Assembly (NCBI GenBank): GCA_905214385.1
Contig: CAJMMF010000005.1
Location: forward strand, 16,345-80,344
Length of the DNA stretch: 64,000 nucleotides
DNA from: an uncultured bacterium
GTDB taxonomy: Bacteria > Actinomycetota > Coriobacteriia > Coriobacteriales > Coriobacteriaceae
Reading direction: 5' to 3'
Shown here: in pieces, positions 20,025 through 30,050 of the stretch
How positions within the stretch are numbered: the stretch's first letter is position 1
Layout of the letters: each line of letters begins with the position of its first letter
Program-made: the position numbers and the translations under genes
Notes under the pieces: generated by a model
What the model saw: the letters and a program-made list of their open reading frames with translations, nothing else
Database searches by the model: none
Told to the model about the DNA's origin: nothing

Positions 20025-21797
20025 TCAGTCGAGCTCGTGCGCACGCGCACCTTCGAACTGCATTCGATAGTAACGGGCATAAGTGCCGCCACGGGCGAGA
20101 AGCTCCTCGTGCGTGCCACGCTCCACAACGCGACCATGCTCAACGGTCGCGATCTCATCGGCATGCTTAATGGTCGAAAGACGGTGGGCGATGATAATCG
20201 TGGTGCGGCCGCGTGCCAGCTCTTCGAGCGACTCCTGCACCGCCTCCTCGCTCTCGTTATCCAAAGCACTCGTCGCCTCATCCAAAATAAGGATCTTGGG
20301 GTTCTTGAGAAACACACGCGCAATGGCAACGCGCTGCTTTTGGCCGCCCGAAAGACGGCTGCCGCGCTCGCCCACGACCGTGTCATAGCCCTGTGGAAGC
20401 GACTCGATAAAGACATCGATGTTGGCACGACGGGCGGCTCCGGCGATCTCTTCTGCCGTGGCGCCCGGCTTGCCGTAGGCTATGTTCTCGCCGATTGTTC
20501 CGTCAAACAGGTAGACATCCTGCTGTACCAGGCCGATGGCGCGGCGCAGGCTCTGCTGCGTCACATCGCGCACGTCCTGACCGTCGATGCTAATGGATCC
20601 GGCAGCAACGTCATAAAAGCGCGGCAGCAGCGAACAGGTCGTGGACTTGCCACCGCCCGAAGGGCCAACCAAAGCGATGGTCTGCCCGGGCTTGATGGAC
20701 AGATCCATATGGTCGATAACGGGACGCTCGTCGGCATCGCCCTCGCCCAGCTCAACATCCTCGTAGTTAAAGCACACGTCGTGATAATCCACGGCGCCGG
20801 CGGTCACCTGCAGATCCGTGGCGCCCGGCTTGTCCTGGATATCCGGCGCGGTCGAGAGCACCTCGTCCATACGCTTAAAGCCGGCAATGGCCTTCTGATA
20901 CGTTTCGGCCGAATTGACGAGTGTCTCGAGCGGCGTGCAGAACAGCGAAATGTAGAGTGCAAACGTCGCCATATCGACCGCCTGCAGCTGACCCTGGGCA
21001 ACGAGCCAACCACCCAGCAGCACCACGATCACGTACAGCACGCCCGAGAGCAGGCCATACGTCGCAGTATAGACGCCCATGGCGTGGTACATGTTTTCCT
21101 TGGACGAAAGGTAGCGGTCGTTAGAGGCACGGAATTTGGCGCGCTCGGTCTCCTCATTGGCAAAGCTCTTGACCACGCGCATGCCCGCCAGCGAATCCTG
21201 CAGCTGCGCATTGATGCCGCTGATCTTTTTGCGGTTGTCGCTAAAGACCTCGCGCATGCGCATGTTCTGCCAAAACATAATGACCGCAAACGCCGCCGTC
21301 ACCACGGCCATGGCGAGCGCCAGAACCGGGGCGATGGTAAAGAGGATCACAAACGAGCCGATAATCTCGATGCCGCAGATGATGATCCACTCGGGCACGT
21401 GATGCGCCGCCTCGCAGATATCGAACAGGTCGTTGACCACGCGGCTCATCATGTCGCCCGAGCTGTTGCGATCGAAGTATGCAAAGCTAAAGCGCTCGTA
21501 CTGATCGAACAGGTCCTCGCGCATCTTGGACTCCATGCGCGCGCCCATCACATGGCCCCAGTAGGTCACAAAGTAGCGGCAGGCGCAGCGGATGGCATAC
21601 ATCAGCACCAGTCCCACCGCAATCATACCGAGCGCCTGCATAATGGCAGCCTGACCCTGGGTAAACAACCCGCCGGTCAGATTGCGCAGAATAATAGGAA
21701 ACGCAAGGTCAATGGCAGCAAGCACCAGAGCACAAACAGTATCGGCAACAAAAAGCCCCGTCTGGGGCTCGTAATACGAGAGAAACCTTTTAAACAT
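20025..21797 (-). CDS. ABC exporter, fused permease/ATPase (MsbA/type IV fold)
   Basis: 590 aa with six N-terminal TM segments. Walker A is GPSGGGKST, the signature is LSGGQKQR and Walker B is ILILDEATSALD. Confidence 0.9.
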   Translation of the reverse strand: MFKRFLSYYEPQTGLFVADTVCALVLAAIDLAFPIILRNLTGGLFTQGQAAIMQALGMIAVGLVLMYAIRCACRYFVTYWGHVMGARMESKMREDLFDQYERFSFAYFDRNSSGDMMSRVVNDLFDICEAAHHVPEWIIICGIEIIGSFVILFTIAPVLALAMAVVTAAFAVIMFWQNMRMREVFSDNRKKISGINAQLQDSLAGMRVVKSFANEETERAKFRASNDRYLSSKENMYHAMGVYTATYGLLSGVLYVIVVLLGGWLVAQGQLQAVDMATFALYISLFCTPLETLVNSAETYQKAIAGFKRMDEVLSTAPDIQDKPGATDLQVTAGAVDYHDVCFNYEDVELGEGDADERPVIDHMDLSIKPGQTIALVGPSGGGKSTTCSLLPRFYDVAAGSISIDGQDVRDVTQQSLRRAIGLVQQDVYLFDGTIGENIAYGKPGATAEEIAGAARRANIDVFIESLPQGYDTVVGERGSRLSGGQKQRVAIARVFLKNPKILILDEATSALDNESEEAVQESLEELARGRTTIIIAHRLSTIKHADEIATVEHGRVVERGTHEELLARGGTYARYYRMQFEGARAHELD

Positions 21798-21901
21798 GCA
21801 ATCCTCGAAGAGAAATAAATAGCGTGAGAAATCCGGTTGAACCGGTCAGGCTGAAAACAAAGCGTCCCAACAAGCATAACGCCGATGTTCTGGCAGCGTC
21901 A

Positions 21902-22005
21902 GCGAAAACGTCCCTAAGCGAGCAAGGTGCCTTGAAAGAGGAGCGACGCGTACTTCGGTACGCGAGCGACGATTGAAAGGCAGATTGCCGCTTAGGGGCG
22001 TTTGC
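21902..22005. repeat. family-B intergenic palindromic element, copy 1
   Basis: Core at 21934-21980 is GAAAGAGGAGCGACGCGTACTTCGGTACGCGAGCGACGATTGAAAGG. Outer imperfect arms are GCGAAAACGTCCCTAAGCG and CGCTTAGGGGCGTTTGC. It matches the copy at 38783-38828 at 39 of the first 43 core positions (hand alignment). Confidence 0.8.
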
Positions 22006-22044
22006 AGCGTCGACTCGTTACGCGGTTTGGTAAAACCGCGTAAC

Positions 22045-22740
22045 CTAGAGCTCGGCCCCACCCAAGCGGTGCGCGATGCTGTCGCAGGCAAGCGCGCCTA
22101 CGACGGTCTTGGCGTCTTCGATCTTGCCGTCGAGCACGGCGTCGATCAGCTCGTGCAGCGGCACCAGGTCCACGTTGACAAACTCGTCATCATCGGGGTT
22201 GGGCGCATCAAACTCGAGCTTGGTAGCCAAGTAGATGCGGATGATCTCATCGCAAAAACCGCAGGACGTGACAATCGACGTCAAAAAGCGAATACGACCA
22301 GCCCTAAAGCCCGTCTCCTCATGCAGTTCGCGCTTGGCGCAATCGAGCGGATCCTCGCCTGGATCGAGCTTGCCGGCGGGAATCTCGACCGTCACGCGGT
22401 CGATGGCGGTGCGGTACTGACGCACCAGTACGATCTTGCCGCTCTCGGTCAGCGCCACGACGGCCGCCGCACCCGGATGGCGAACGATATCGCGGGCGCT
22501 GCGGCGACCGTTGGGCAGCTCAACCTCAAGACGGTGGACGTCGAGGATCTTGCCCTTCCAGGCGCACTCCTCCGAAAGAATCTTCTCGTGCAGCTCGGCA
22601 TCGTGCGGGTCGTCGTCGCCCAGCACCAGCGCCGGCTCGTCAGCGACCTCGCCACCAGGCTCGCCCTCGGCGTGCCCATACATGCGGCTGTCCTCTTCGA
22701 CGATCTGCGCGTCCACGAGCTCTTCGTTCTTCTCGTCCAT
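22045..22740 (-). CDS. NUDIX hydrolase (ADP-ribose pyrophosphatase-like)
   Basis: The Nudix box is GKLDPGEDPLDCAKRELHEETG. The N-terminus is acidic. The start is taken at the ATG at 22738-22740, 9 nt after GAGAGGA. The ORF track starts at 22749. Confidence 0.85.
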   Translation of the reverse strand: MDEKNEELVDAQIVEEDSRMYGHAEGEPGGEVADEPALVLGDDDPHDAELHEKILSEECAWKGKILDVHRLEVELPNGRRSARDIVRHPGAAAVVALTESGKIVLVRQYRTAIDRVTVEIPAGKLDPGEDPLDCAKRELHEETGFRAGRIRFLTSIVTSCGFCDEIIRIYLATKLEFDAPNPDDDEFVNVDLVPLHELIDAVLDGKIEDAKTVVGALACDSIAHRLGGAEL

Positions 22741-22761
22741 CCGTCTCATTCCTCTCGGATT

Positions 22762-24066
<1,305 letters not shown>

Positions 24067-24184
24067 GGGTGCCTCCTCTATGGATGAATGGCCCGCTCCG
24101 CGCGAGCCCTTTGCAAGCAAATATACCCCTCGGCCGCCCACTTGGGCTGCAAAGGGGTATATCGCAATAACCAAATGGTCCCGA

Positions 24185-25480
<1,296 letters not shown>

Positions 25481-25564
25481 TTACATTCATGGACTGTCTA
25501 CGCGCCACGCCGGCACGCAGAAGCACAAAACATTCCCAGTATACCCGTGCAACGGGCGCCTGTC

Positions 25565-26956
25565 CTACTCCTCGGCATGTGCCCCATCAAGCTCATAGAA
25601 CTTGGTGGATGCCGGCAGGAACATCAGGTCGACGTCGCCGATCGGGCCCGAACGGTTCTTGGCCACGACGATACGCGTAACGCCCTCGTCGGGTCGATCG
25701 TCGCGCGAGGCTTCGGCCTCGTCGGCGGAGCGGTCCAAGAACATGACGATATCGGCGTCCTGCTCGATGGAGCCCGATTCACGAAGGTCGGAAAGCTGCG
25801 GGCGCTTGCCGGTACGGGATTCGACCTGACGCGAGAGCTGTGACAGCGCGATGAGCGGGATCTTGAGCTCCTTGGCCATAATCTTAAGACCACGCGACAT
25901 CTCCGAAACCTCGACGGTACGGCTCTCGGAGCGGCGTCCCGGTGGAGGACTCACCAGCTGCAGGTAGTCCAAAATGATGATTGCCTTTTCCTTGTTATGG
26001 AGCATGCGGCGGCTCTTGGCGCGAATCTCAGTCACTGTGGTGCCGGGCGTATCGTCAATCAGAATATCGAGCTTGGACAAGGTCTGCGTGGCCTCGTTGA
26101 TATTGGCCCACTGCTCGGGGCTAATGCGGCCCATGCGGAAGTCACTGATCGAGATCATGGCGTAGGCGCAAATCAGACGCTGGGCAATTTCCTTGCCCGA
26201 CATCTCCAGTGAGAAGAAGCCGACGGTATAACCAGCAGCGGCAGCGTTAAGTGCCAGGTTCAGAGCGAACGACGTCTTACCCACGGCAGGACGGGCGCCG
26301 ATGATGATGAGCTGGCCTTCGCGAAAACCCATGAGCATGCGGTCGAGCGACGGGAAACCCGTGGGCACGCCCGCAGCCTGGCCGCCGGCCTGGCATACTT
26401 CCTCGGCCTCGTTATAGGCCTCGACCATAAACTCGGTCAACGTCTTGTAGCTCGACTTGACCTCGCGCGCCGTGACCTTGAGCAGCTTGCTCTCGGCCAG
26501 CTCCACGACCTCCTTGGTGTCGGTAGGGGCGTTATAGGCCAGCGCGTTGATCTCGTTGGTGGCACCGATCAGCTCGCGCAGCATCGAGTCGCGACGGACG
26601 ATGGCGGCATGGTGCTGCCAGTTGACGAGCGACAGGGTCTGACCCATCAGCTCCAAAATGTAGGCCTCGCCGCCCACGGCATCGAGCTTGTTGATGCTTC
26701 GCAGGTAATCGATCAGCGAGATGGAGTCGATGGGAATGCGGCTGTTGTACATATCGACCATCGCGGTATAGATGGTCTTATGAATGGGCCGGTAGAAGTC
26801 ATCGGGCTGCAGCTCGACCTGGGCCTCTTCGACCACCTCGGGCGATAGCAGCATAGCGGCCAGTACATTGGCCTCTGCATCTTGGTTTTGGGGAAGACCC
26901 AACTTGGAGCCGCGGTCCTCAACCGTCAGCCCGGTCTCCCTATCGTCATATGCCAT
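25565..26956 (-). CDS. dnaB: replicative DNA helicase
   Basis: Contains DAEANVLAAMLL, Walker A GARPAVGKTSFALN, and SLEMS and IILDYLQL motifs. The start is taken at the ATG at 26954-26956, 5 nt after GAGGA. Confidence 0.95.
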   Translation of the reverse strand: MAYDDRETGLTVEDRGSKLGLPQNQDAEANVLAAMLLSPEVVEEAQVELQPDDFYRPIHKTIYTAMVDMYNSRIPIDSISLIDYLRSINKLDAVGGEAYILELMGQTLSLVNWQHHAAIVRRDSMLRELIGATNEINALAYNAPTDTKEVVELAESKLLKVTAREVKSSYKTLTEFMVEAYNEAEEVCQAGGQAAGVPTGFPSLDRMLMGFREGQLIIIGARPAVGKTSFALNLALNAAAAGYTVGFFSLEMSGKEIAQRLICAYAMISISDFRMGRISPEQWANINEATQTLSKLDILIDDTPGTTVTEIRAKSRRMLHNKEKAIIILDYLQLVSPPPGRRSESRTVEVSEMSRGLKIMAKELKIPLIALSQLSRQVESRTGKRPQLSDLRESGSIEQDADIVMFLDRSADEAEASRDDRPDEGVTRIVVAKNRSGPIGDVDLMFLPASTKFYELDGAHAEE

Positions 26957-27109
26957 GAGCATCCTCATTCATATCGCTTGCGAGCATCCATAGTATCAGC
27001 CACGGTCCCAAAACGCGCCGCGCGCCGCCAATCATCACCGAACCAAACGGATGAACGGTCCTGTATATAGGACTTCGACGCAACGTTCACCATGACACTC
27101 ACTCAGCGC

Positions 27110-27148
27110 AAAAAACAAAAGGGCGCCCTGGTTTCCCAGAGCGCCCTT
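27110..27148 (-). terminator. intrinsic terminator after rplI
   Basis: The minus strand reads AAGGGCGCTCTGG-GAAA-CCAGGGCGCCCTT followed by TTGTTTTTT. Confidence 0.75.
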
Positions 27149-27180
27149 CTTAGAACAAGATTGTTGCGTTGCAGCAAATG

Positions 27181-27720
27181 CTACTCGGCAGCAGCCTCAG
27201 TCTCGACCTCGGCGGTCTCGGCCTCGGCGACCTCAGCGGCCTCCTCGACCTCAGCCTCGGCAGCGAGCTCCTCGGCGGTAACGCCGACGAGAACGACAAC
27301 CTCGGCCTTGATCTCGCGGTACAGCGAGATGGCAACGGTGTGGGCACCGGCAACCTTGATGGGCTTACCGAGCTCGACGCGCTTGCGGTCGATGTCCATA
27401 CCGAGCTGAGCCTTGATGGCGTCAGCGATCATAGCGGCGGTAACGGAGCCAAAGAGGATGCCCTCGTCGCCGACCTTGACGTCAACGGTGACCGTCTTGC
27501 CCTCAAAGGCAGCCTTGGTCTCGTTGGCGGTAGCCAGACGGACGGCCTCGCGCTTAGCGATGTTGTTGTGACGCTCGTCAAGCTGCTTGAGGTTGCCCTT
27601 GGTGGCGGCAACAGCGAGCTTCTTGGGGAACAGGAAGTTCTCAGCGTAACCCTGAGCGACCTCTACGACGTCACCCTCGCCGCCCTTGCCCTTGATCTCA
27701 TCGAGAAGAATAACCTTCAT
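27181..27720 (-). CDS. rplI: 50S ribosomal protein L9 with an acidic Ala/Glu-rich C-terminal extension
   Basis: Starts MKVILLDEIKGKGGEGDVVEVAQGYAENFLFPKKLA. Confidence 0.95.
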   Translation of the reverse strand: MKVILLDEIKGKGGEGDVVEVAQGYAENFLFPKKLAVAATKGNLKQLDERHNNIAKREAVRLATANETKAAFEGKTVTVDVKVGDEGILFGSVTAAMIADAIKAQLGMDIDRKRVELGKPIKVAGAHTVAISLYREIKAEVVVLVGVTAEELAAEAEVEEAAEVAEAETAEVETEAAAE

Positions 27721-27735
27721 GATGCGTCTCCCTTC

Positions 27736-28002
27736 TTAGCCGCGGTCGCGGTTGCCACGAGAGGAAACCACGGGGACGGTGTACGGCAGGAGTGCCATCT
27801 CGCGGGCGCGCTTGATGGCATTGGCGATGTCATGCTGATGCTGCGTGCAAGCGCCAGTGACGCGACGGGGCTTGATCTTGCCACGGTCGGTCATGTACTT
27901 ACGGAGAAGCTGAGTGTCCTTATAGTCGATGAACTCAGTGTTCTCCTTGCAGAACTGGCAGTACTTACGACGCGGCTGACGTGCAGAAAAATCATTAGCC
28001 AT
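27736..28002 (-). CDS. rpsR: 30S ribosomal protein S18
   Basis: Reads [21 protein letters not shown]...[32 protein letters not shown]. The start is the ATG at 28000-28002. Confidence 0.95.
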   Translation of the reverse strand: MANDFSARQPRRKYCQFCKENTEFIDYKDTQLLRKYMTDRGKIKPRRVTGACTQHQHDIANAIKRAREMALLPYTVPVVSSRGNRDRG

Positions 28003-28074
28003 GTCAAAATACCTTTCATTTGGCAACTTCGGCGAACCGAAGCCGCCTCTCACTCAAAAATAGGTGAACAACCC

Positions 28075-28527
28075 TTAGAACGGGATGTCCTCATCGTAGA
28101 CGTCGACCGCGGGCGGCGTAGCCACCGGTGCGGCAGGACGTGCTGCGGGCGCGGGAGCTGCGGGGGCGTAACCGCCCTGATCGTAGCCACCCTGGCCACC
28201 ACGGGAGCTCATAAACTCGATCTCATCGACGATGACCTCAAGCTTGCTCCGGCGCTGGCCGTCGCGCTCCCAAGAGCTGTAGCGCAGCTTGCCCTCGATC
28301 GCGACCTTGTTTCCCTTTGCCAGGAAACGGCTCACGGCCTCGGCGCGGGTGCCGAACATGGTGCAGTCGACAAAGTTGGGATAGTCCTCCCACTCGCCAG
28401 TCTGCGCGTTGCGGCGACGATCGTTCACGGCGACGCCAAAGGACAGAACCTGGGTTCCGCCGGCGGTGGCGCGCAGCTCGGGATCGCGGGTGAGGTTACC
28501 GGTGATGTTCACTCGATTGATGCTCAT
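28075..28527 (-). CDS. ssb: single-stranded DNA-binding protein
   Basis: Has an OB-fold N-terminus (MSINRVNITGNLTRDPELR), a Gly/Pro/Ala-rich linker and an acidic tip DEDIPF. Confidence 0.95.
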   Translation of the reverse strand: MSINRVNITGNLTRDPELRATAGGTQVLSFGVAVNDRRRNAQTGEWEDYPNFVDCTMFGTRAEAVSRFLAKGNKVAIEGKLRYSSWERDGQRRSKLEVIVDEIEFMSSRGGQGGYDQGGYAPAAPAPAARPAAPVATPPAVDVYDEDIPF

Positions 28528-28575
28528 AACTCACTACTTCCTCTTGGGGCACAAGCCCAGTCCAAAACGACAGTC

Positions 28576-28869
28576 TTACTCCTGGTCGTCGCGACGGACG
28601 ATCATGTGGCGGACCACAGCGTCGGTGATGCGCAGGACGCGATCAAGCTCGGCGATCTGGGTAGGATCTGCGTGGAAGTTGATGAGGGTGTAGTCACCAT
28701 CGGTGAGGTCGTTGATCTCGTAGGCGAGCTTGCGCTTGCCCCACTCGTCAACGGAGTCGACCTTGCCAGCGCCCTCAGCGATCGTGGTATCGATACGCTT
28801 CATAACAGCGAGACGAGTCTCGGGGTCGAGCGACGGGTCAACAAAGAACAGCAGTTCATAAGCCTTCAT
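28576..28869 (-). CDS. rpsF: 30S ribosomal protein S6
   Basis: Starts MKAYELLFFVDPSLDPE. The ATG at 28867-28869 is preceded by SD AGAGGAGGTG. Confidence 0.95.
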   Translation of the reverse strand: MKAYELLFFVDPSLDPETRLAVMKRIDTTIAEGAGKVDSVDEWGKRKLAYEINDLTDGDYTLINFHADPTQIAELDRVLRITDAVVRHMIVRRDDQE

Positions 28870-28940
28870 ATTGTCACCTCCTCTGGGCAAATGTGGCTTC
28901 AGGTCGTGAAGGTGCGCCTGAAGCAGGAAAAGACTTGGTA

Positions 28941-28969
28941 ATAATATCTTTCAACCTCCTAGGCTGCAA
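28941..28969 (-). promoter_or_regulatory. candidate rpsF operon promoter
   Basis: The minus strand reads TTGCAG-17 nt-TATTAT. The resulting leader of about 65 nt contains the hairpin GCTTCAGG...CCTGAAGC (28896-28924). Confidence 0.45.
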
Positions 28970-29330
28970 GAATATGCAGCTACAACCTCATGACCTCCAC
29001 ATATGTCCATGCTCACACGGCACTTCATGCGCATTCCAACCAAATGCTGACCAAATGCTTGACGGATCTGTGTTCAAGATACGGTGCCGTGGGGACAAGC
29101 TGAGCCAAGCCGCAGGTCAGCGGGCACAAGGCTGTGGTCGCAAAATGCATACCAGTGGCCCACAGCACCACCCAAAGATTTTTAAATTCATTGCCAAGTC
29201 GCTTATGAATACCCTTTTTTGAACAATTGAGTTGATCAACCACGCTGGTCGGAAGCCGTTTTTTGGGACCTCAAGCCCCACTGCAGCGCCAAGCACGGCC
29301 AAGCGTTTTAAAAAATGCCAACTTTTCTGT

Positions 29331-29358
29331 TTGCACTTTGCGATTCCTCGTGTATACT
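29331..29358 (+). promoter_or_regulatory. candidate promoter for the tRNA-Ser genes
   Basis: TTGCAC (29331-29336), a 16-nt spacer, then TATACT (29353-29358). It lies 16 nt upstream of the tRNA 5' end. Confidence 0.6.
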
Positions 29359-29374
29359 GACTTTCGCATTTAAC

Positions 29375-29465
29375 GGAGAGTTGTCCGAGTGGCCGAAGGA
29401 GCACGATTGGAAATCGTGTAGGCGTCAAAAGCGTCTCCAGGGTTCAAATCCCTGACTCTCCGCCA
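29375..29465 (+). tRNA. tRNA-Ser (anticodon GGA)
   Basis: Hand-folded cloverleaf. Acceptor GGAGAGT/ACTCTCC, anticodon arm CACGA-TTGGAAA-TCGTG, a long variable arm, T arm CAGGG-TTCAAAT-CCCTG and an encoded CCA. Confidence 0.95.
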
Positions 29466-29474
29466 GTTAATTCC

Positions 29475-29504
29475 AAAGCAGGCCTTCGAGCCTGCTTTGT
29501 TTTT
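29475..29504 (+). terminator. hairpin plus T-run between the two tRNA-Ser genes
   Basis: AAAGCAGGC-CTTCGA-GCCTGCTTT followed by GTTTTT. Confidence 0.6.
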
Positions 29505-29513
29505 ACCCCACGC

Positions 29514-29604
29514 GGAGGGGTGGCAGAGTGGTTGAATGCGGCGGTCTCGAAAACCGTTTGGCCTGTATAAGGTCACGAGGGTTCGAATCCCTCCTCCTCC
29601 GCCA
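29514..29604 (+). tRNA. tRNA-Ser (anticodon CGA)
   Basis: Acceptor GGAGGGG/CTCCTCC (one G-U pair), anticodon loop CTCGAAA, a long variable arm, T arm GAGGG-TTCGAAT-CCCTC and an encoded CCA. Confidence 0.95.
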
Positions 29605-29616
29605 TTTTGGTTGAGA

Positions 29617-29645
29617 AAGCTCCCGAAAACGGGGGCTTTTTTGTT
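29617..29645 (+). terminator. intrinsic terminator after tRNA-Ser(CGA)
   Basis: AAGCTCCCG-AAAA-CGGGGGCTT followed by TTTTGTTT. Confidence 0.75.
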
Positions 29646-29668
29646 TAGAGTCCCTTACAAGCAAATAC

Positions 29669-29693
29669 GGCGGAGGAGGAGGGATTCGAACCC
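29669..29693 (-). repeat. inverted 25-nt copy of the 3' end of tRNA-Ser(CGA)
   Basis: GGCGGAGGAGGAGGGATTCGAACCC is the exact reverse complement of 29579-29603 (T loop plus 3' acceptor strand). Identity stops at both ends. The remainder of a tRNA is absent. Confidence 0.9.
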
Positions 29694-29714
29694 GTCAGGA
29701 CGCGGAGCGTAAAG

Positions 29715-29795
29715 AAAACGCGCCAGTGGCGCGTTTTTAGCGCAGCGCGGTCGGCGCAAGCCGACCGAATAAATTTTGAGCTCCGCTCAAAATTT
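29715..29795. other. three consecutive perfect hairpins in an orphan non-coding region
   Basis: H1 is AAAACGCGCCAGTGGCGCGTTTT (29715-29737). H2 is CGGTCGGC-GCAA-GCCGACCG (29748-29767). H3 is AAATTTTGAG-CTCCG-CTCAAAATTT (29771-29795). Confidence 0.8.
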
Positions 29796-29857
29796 GGACA
29801 TCCCTCCTATTCAGCCACGTCCCCCATTGCTTTCGATTTCACCTTGAATCTCAAACA

Positions 29858-29912
29858 TGTACATCACCCTCCAAAAACGACATTTTTCGGCATCTTTGGA
29901 GGCTGATGTACA
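29858..29912. repeat. 18-bp inverted repeat with a 19-nt spacer, upstream of the TRIC-type gene
   Basis: TGTACATCACCCTCCAAA (29858-29875) pairs with TTTGGAGGCTGATGTACA (29895-29912), with one mismatch. Confidence 0.85.
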
Positions 29913-30050
29913 CGTTTGGTACCCATGACCGTTCCCAGTCCCTACCGTTTGCCGAGCAATAGGGTCTCAATCGCCGCCAACCATGTACTATGTACGGGCA
30001 TTGTTCAAACCCGAGAATCAAAGGACCTCATCTTGCCCGTCGTCGCCGCT

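Noticed and set aside
24067-24184. Purine or ZTP riboswitch upstream of purD (and likewise upstream of purE at 1797-1945 and purA at 25472-25564)
   Set aside because: I looked for the conserved cores as I recall them: UAUAAU...UAUGG...CCGUAAA for purine, and GGGUCGUGAC...CCGGGCGGA...CCGCCUGGGC for ZTP. I found only fragments (e.g. GGGTCGCGG upstream of purE), and there is not enough room for the full motifs. This needs a covariance-model scan to be certain.
28893-29428. ORFs of 109 aa (plus strand) and 103 aa and 72 aa (minus strand) between rpsF and tRNA-Ser
   Set aside because: They have no SD and odd composition. The 103-aa ORF overlaps tRNA-Ser(GGA). The region is treated as non-coding and flagged as unexplained.
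29375-30050. Prophage or genomic island integrated at tRNA-Ser
   Set aside because: The tRNA 3' fragment is inverted and only 65 nt away. No integrase, excisionase or foreign gene block follows, and the next genes look like ordinary chromosomal genes. It is kept only as a possible relic in the findings.
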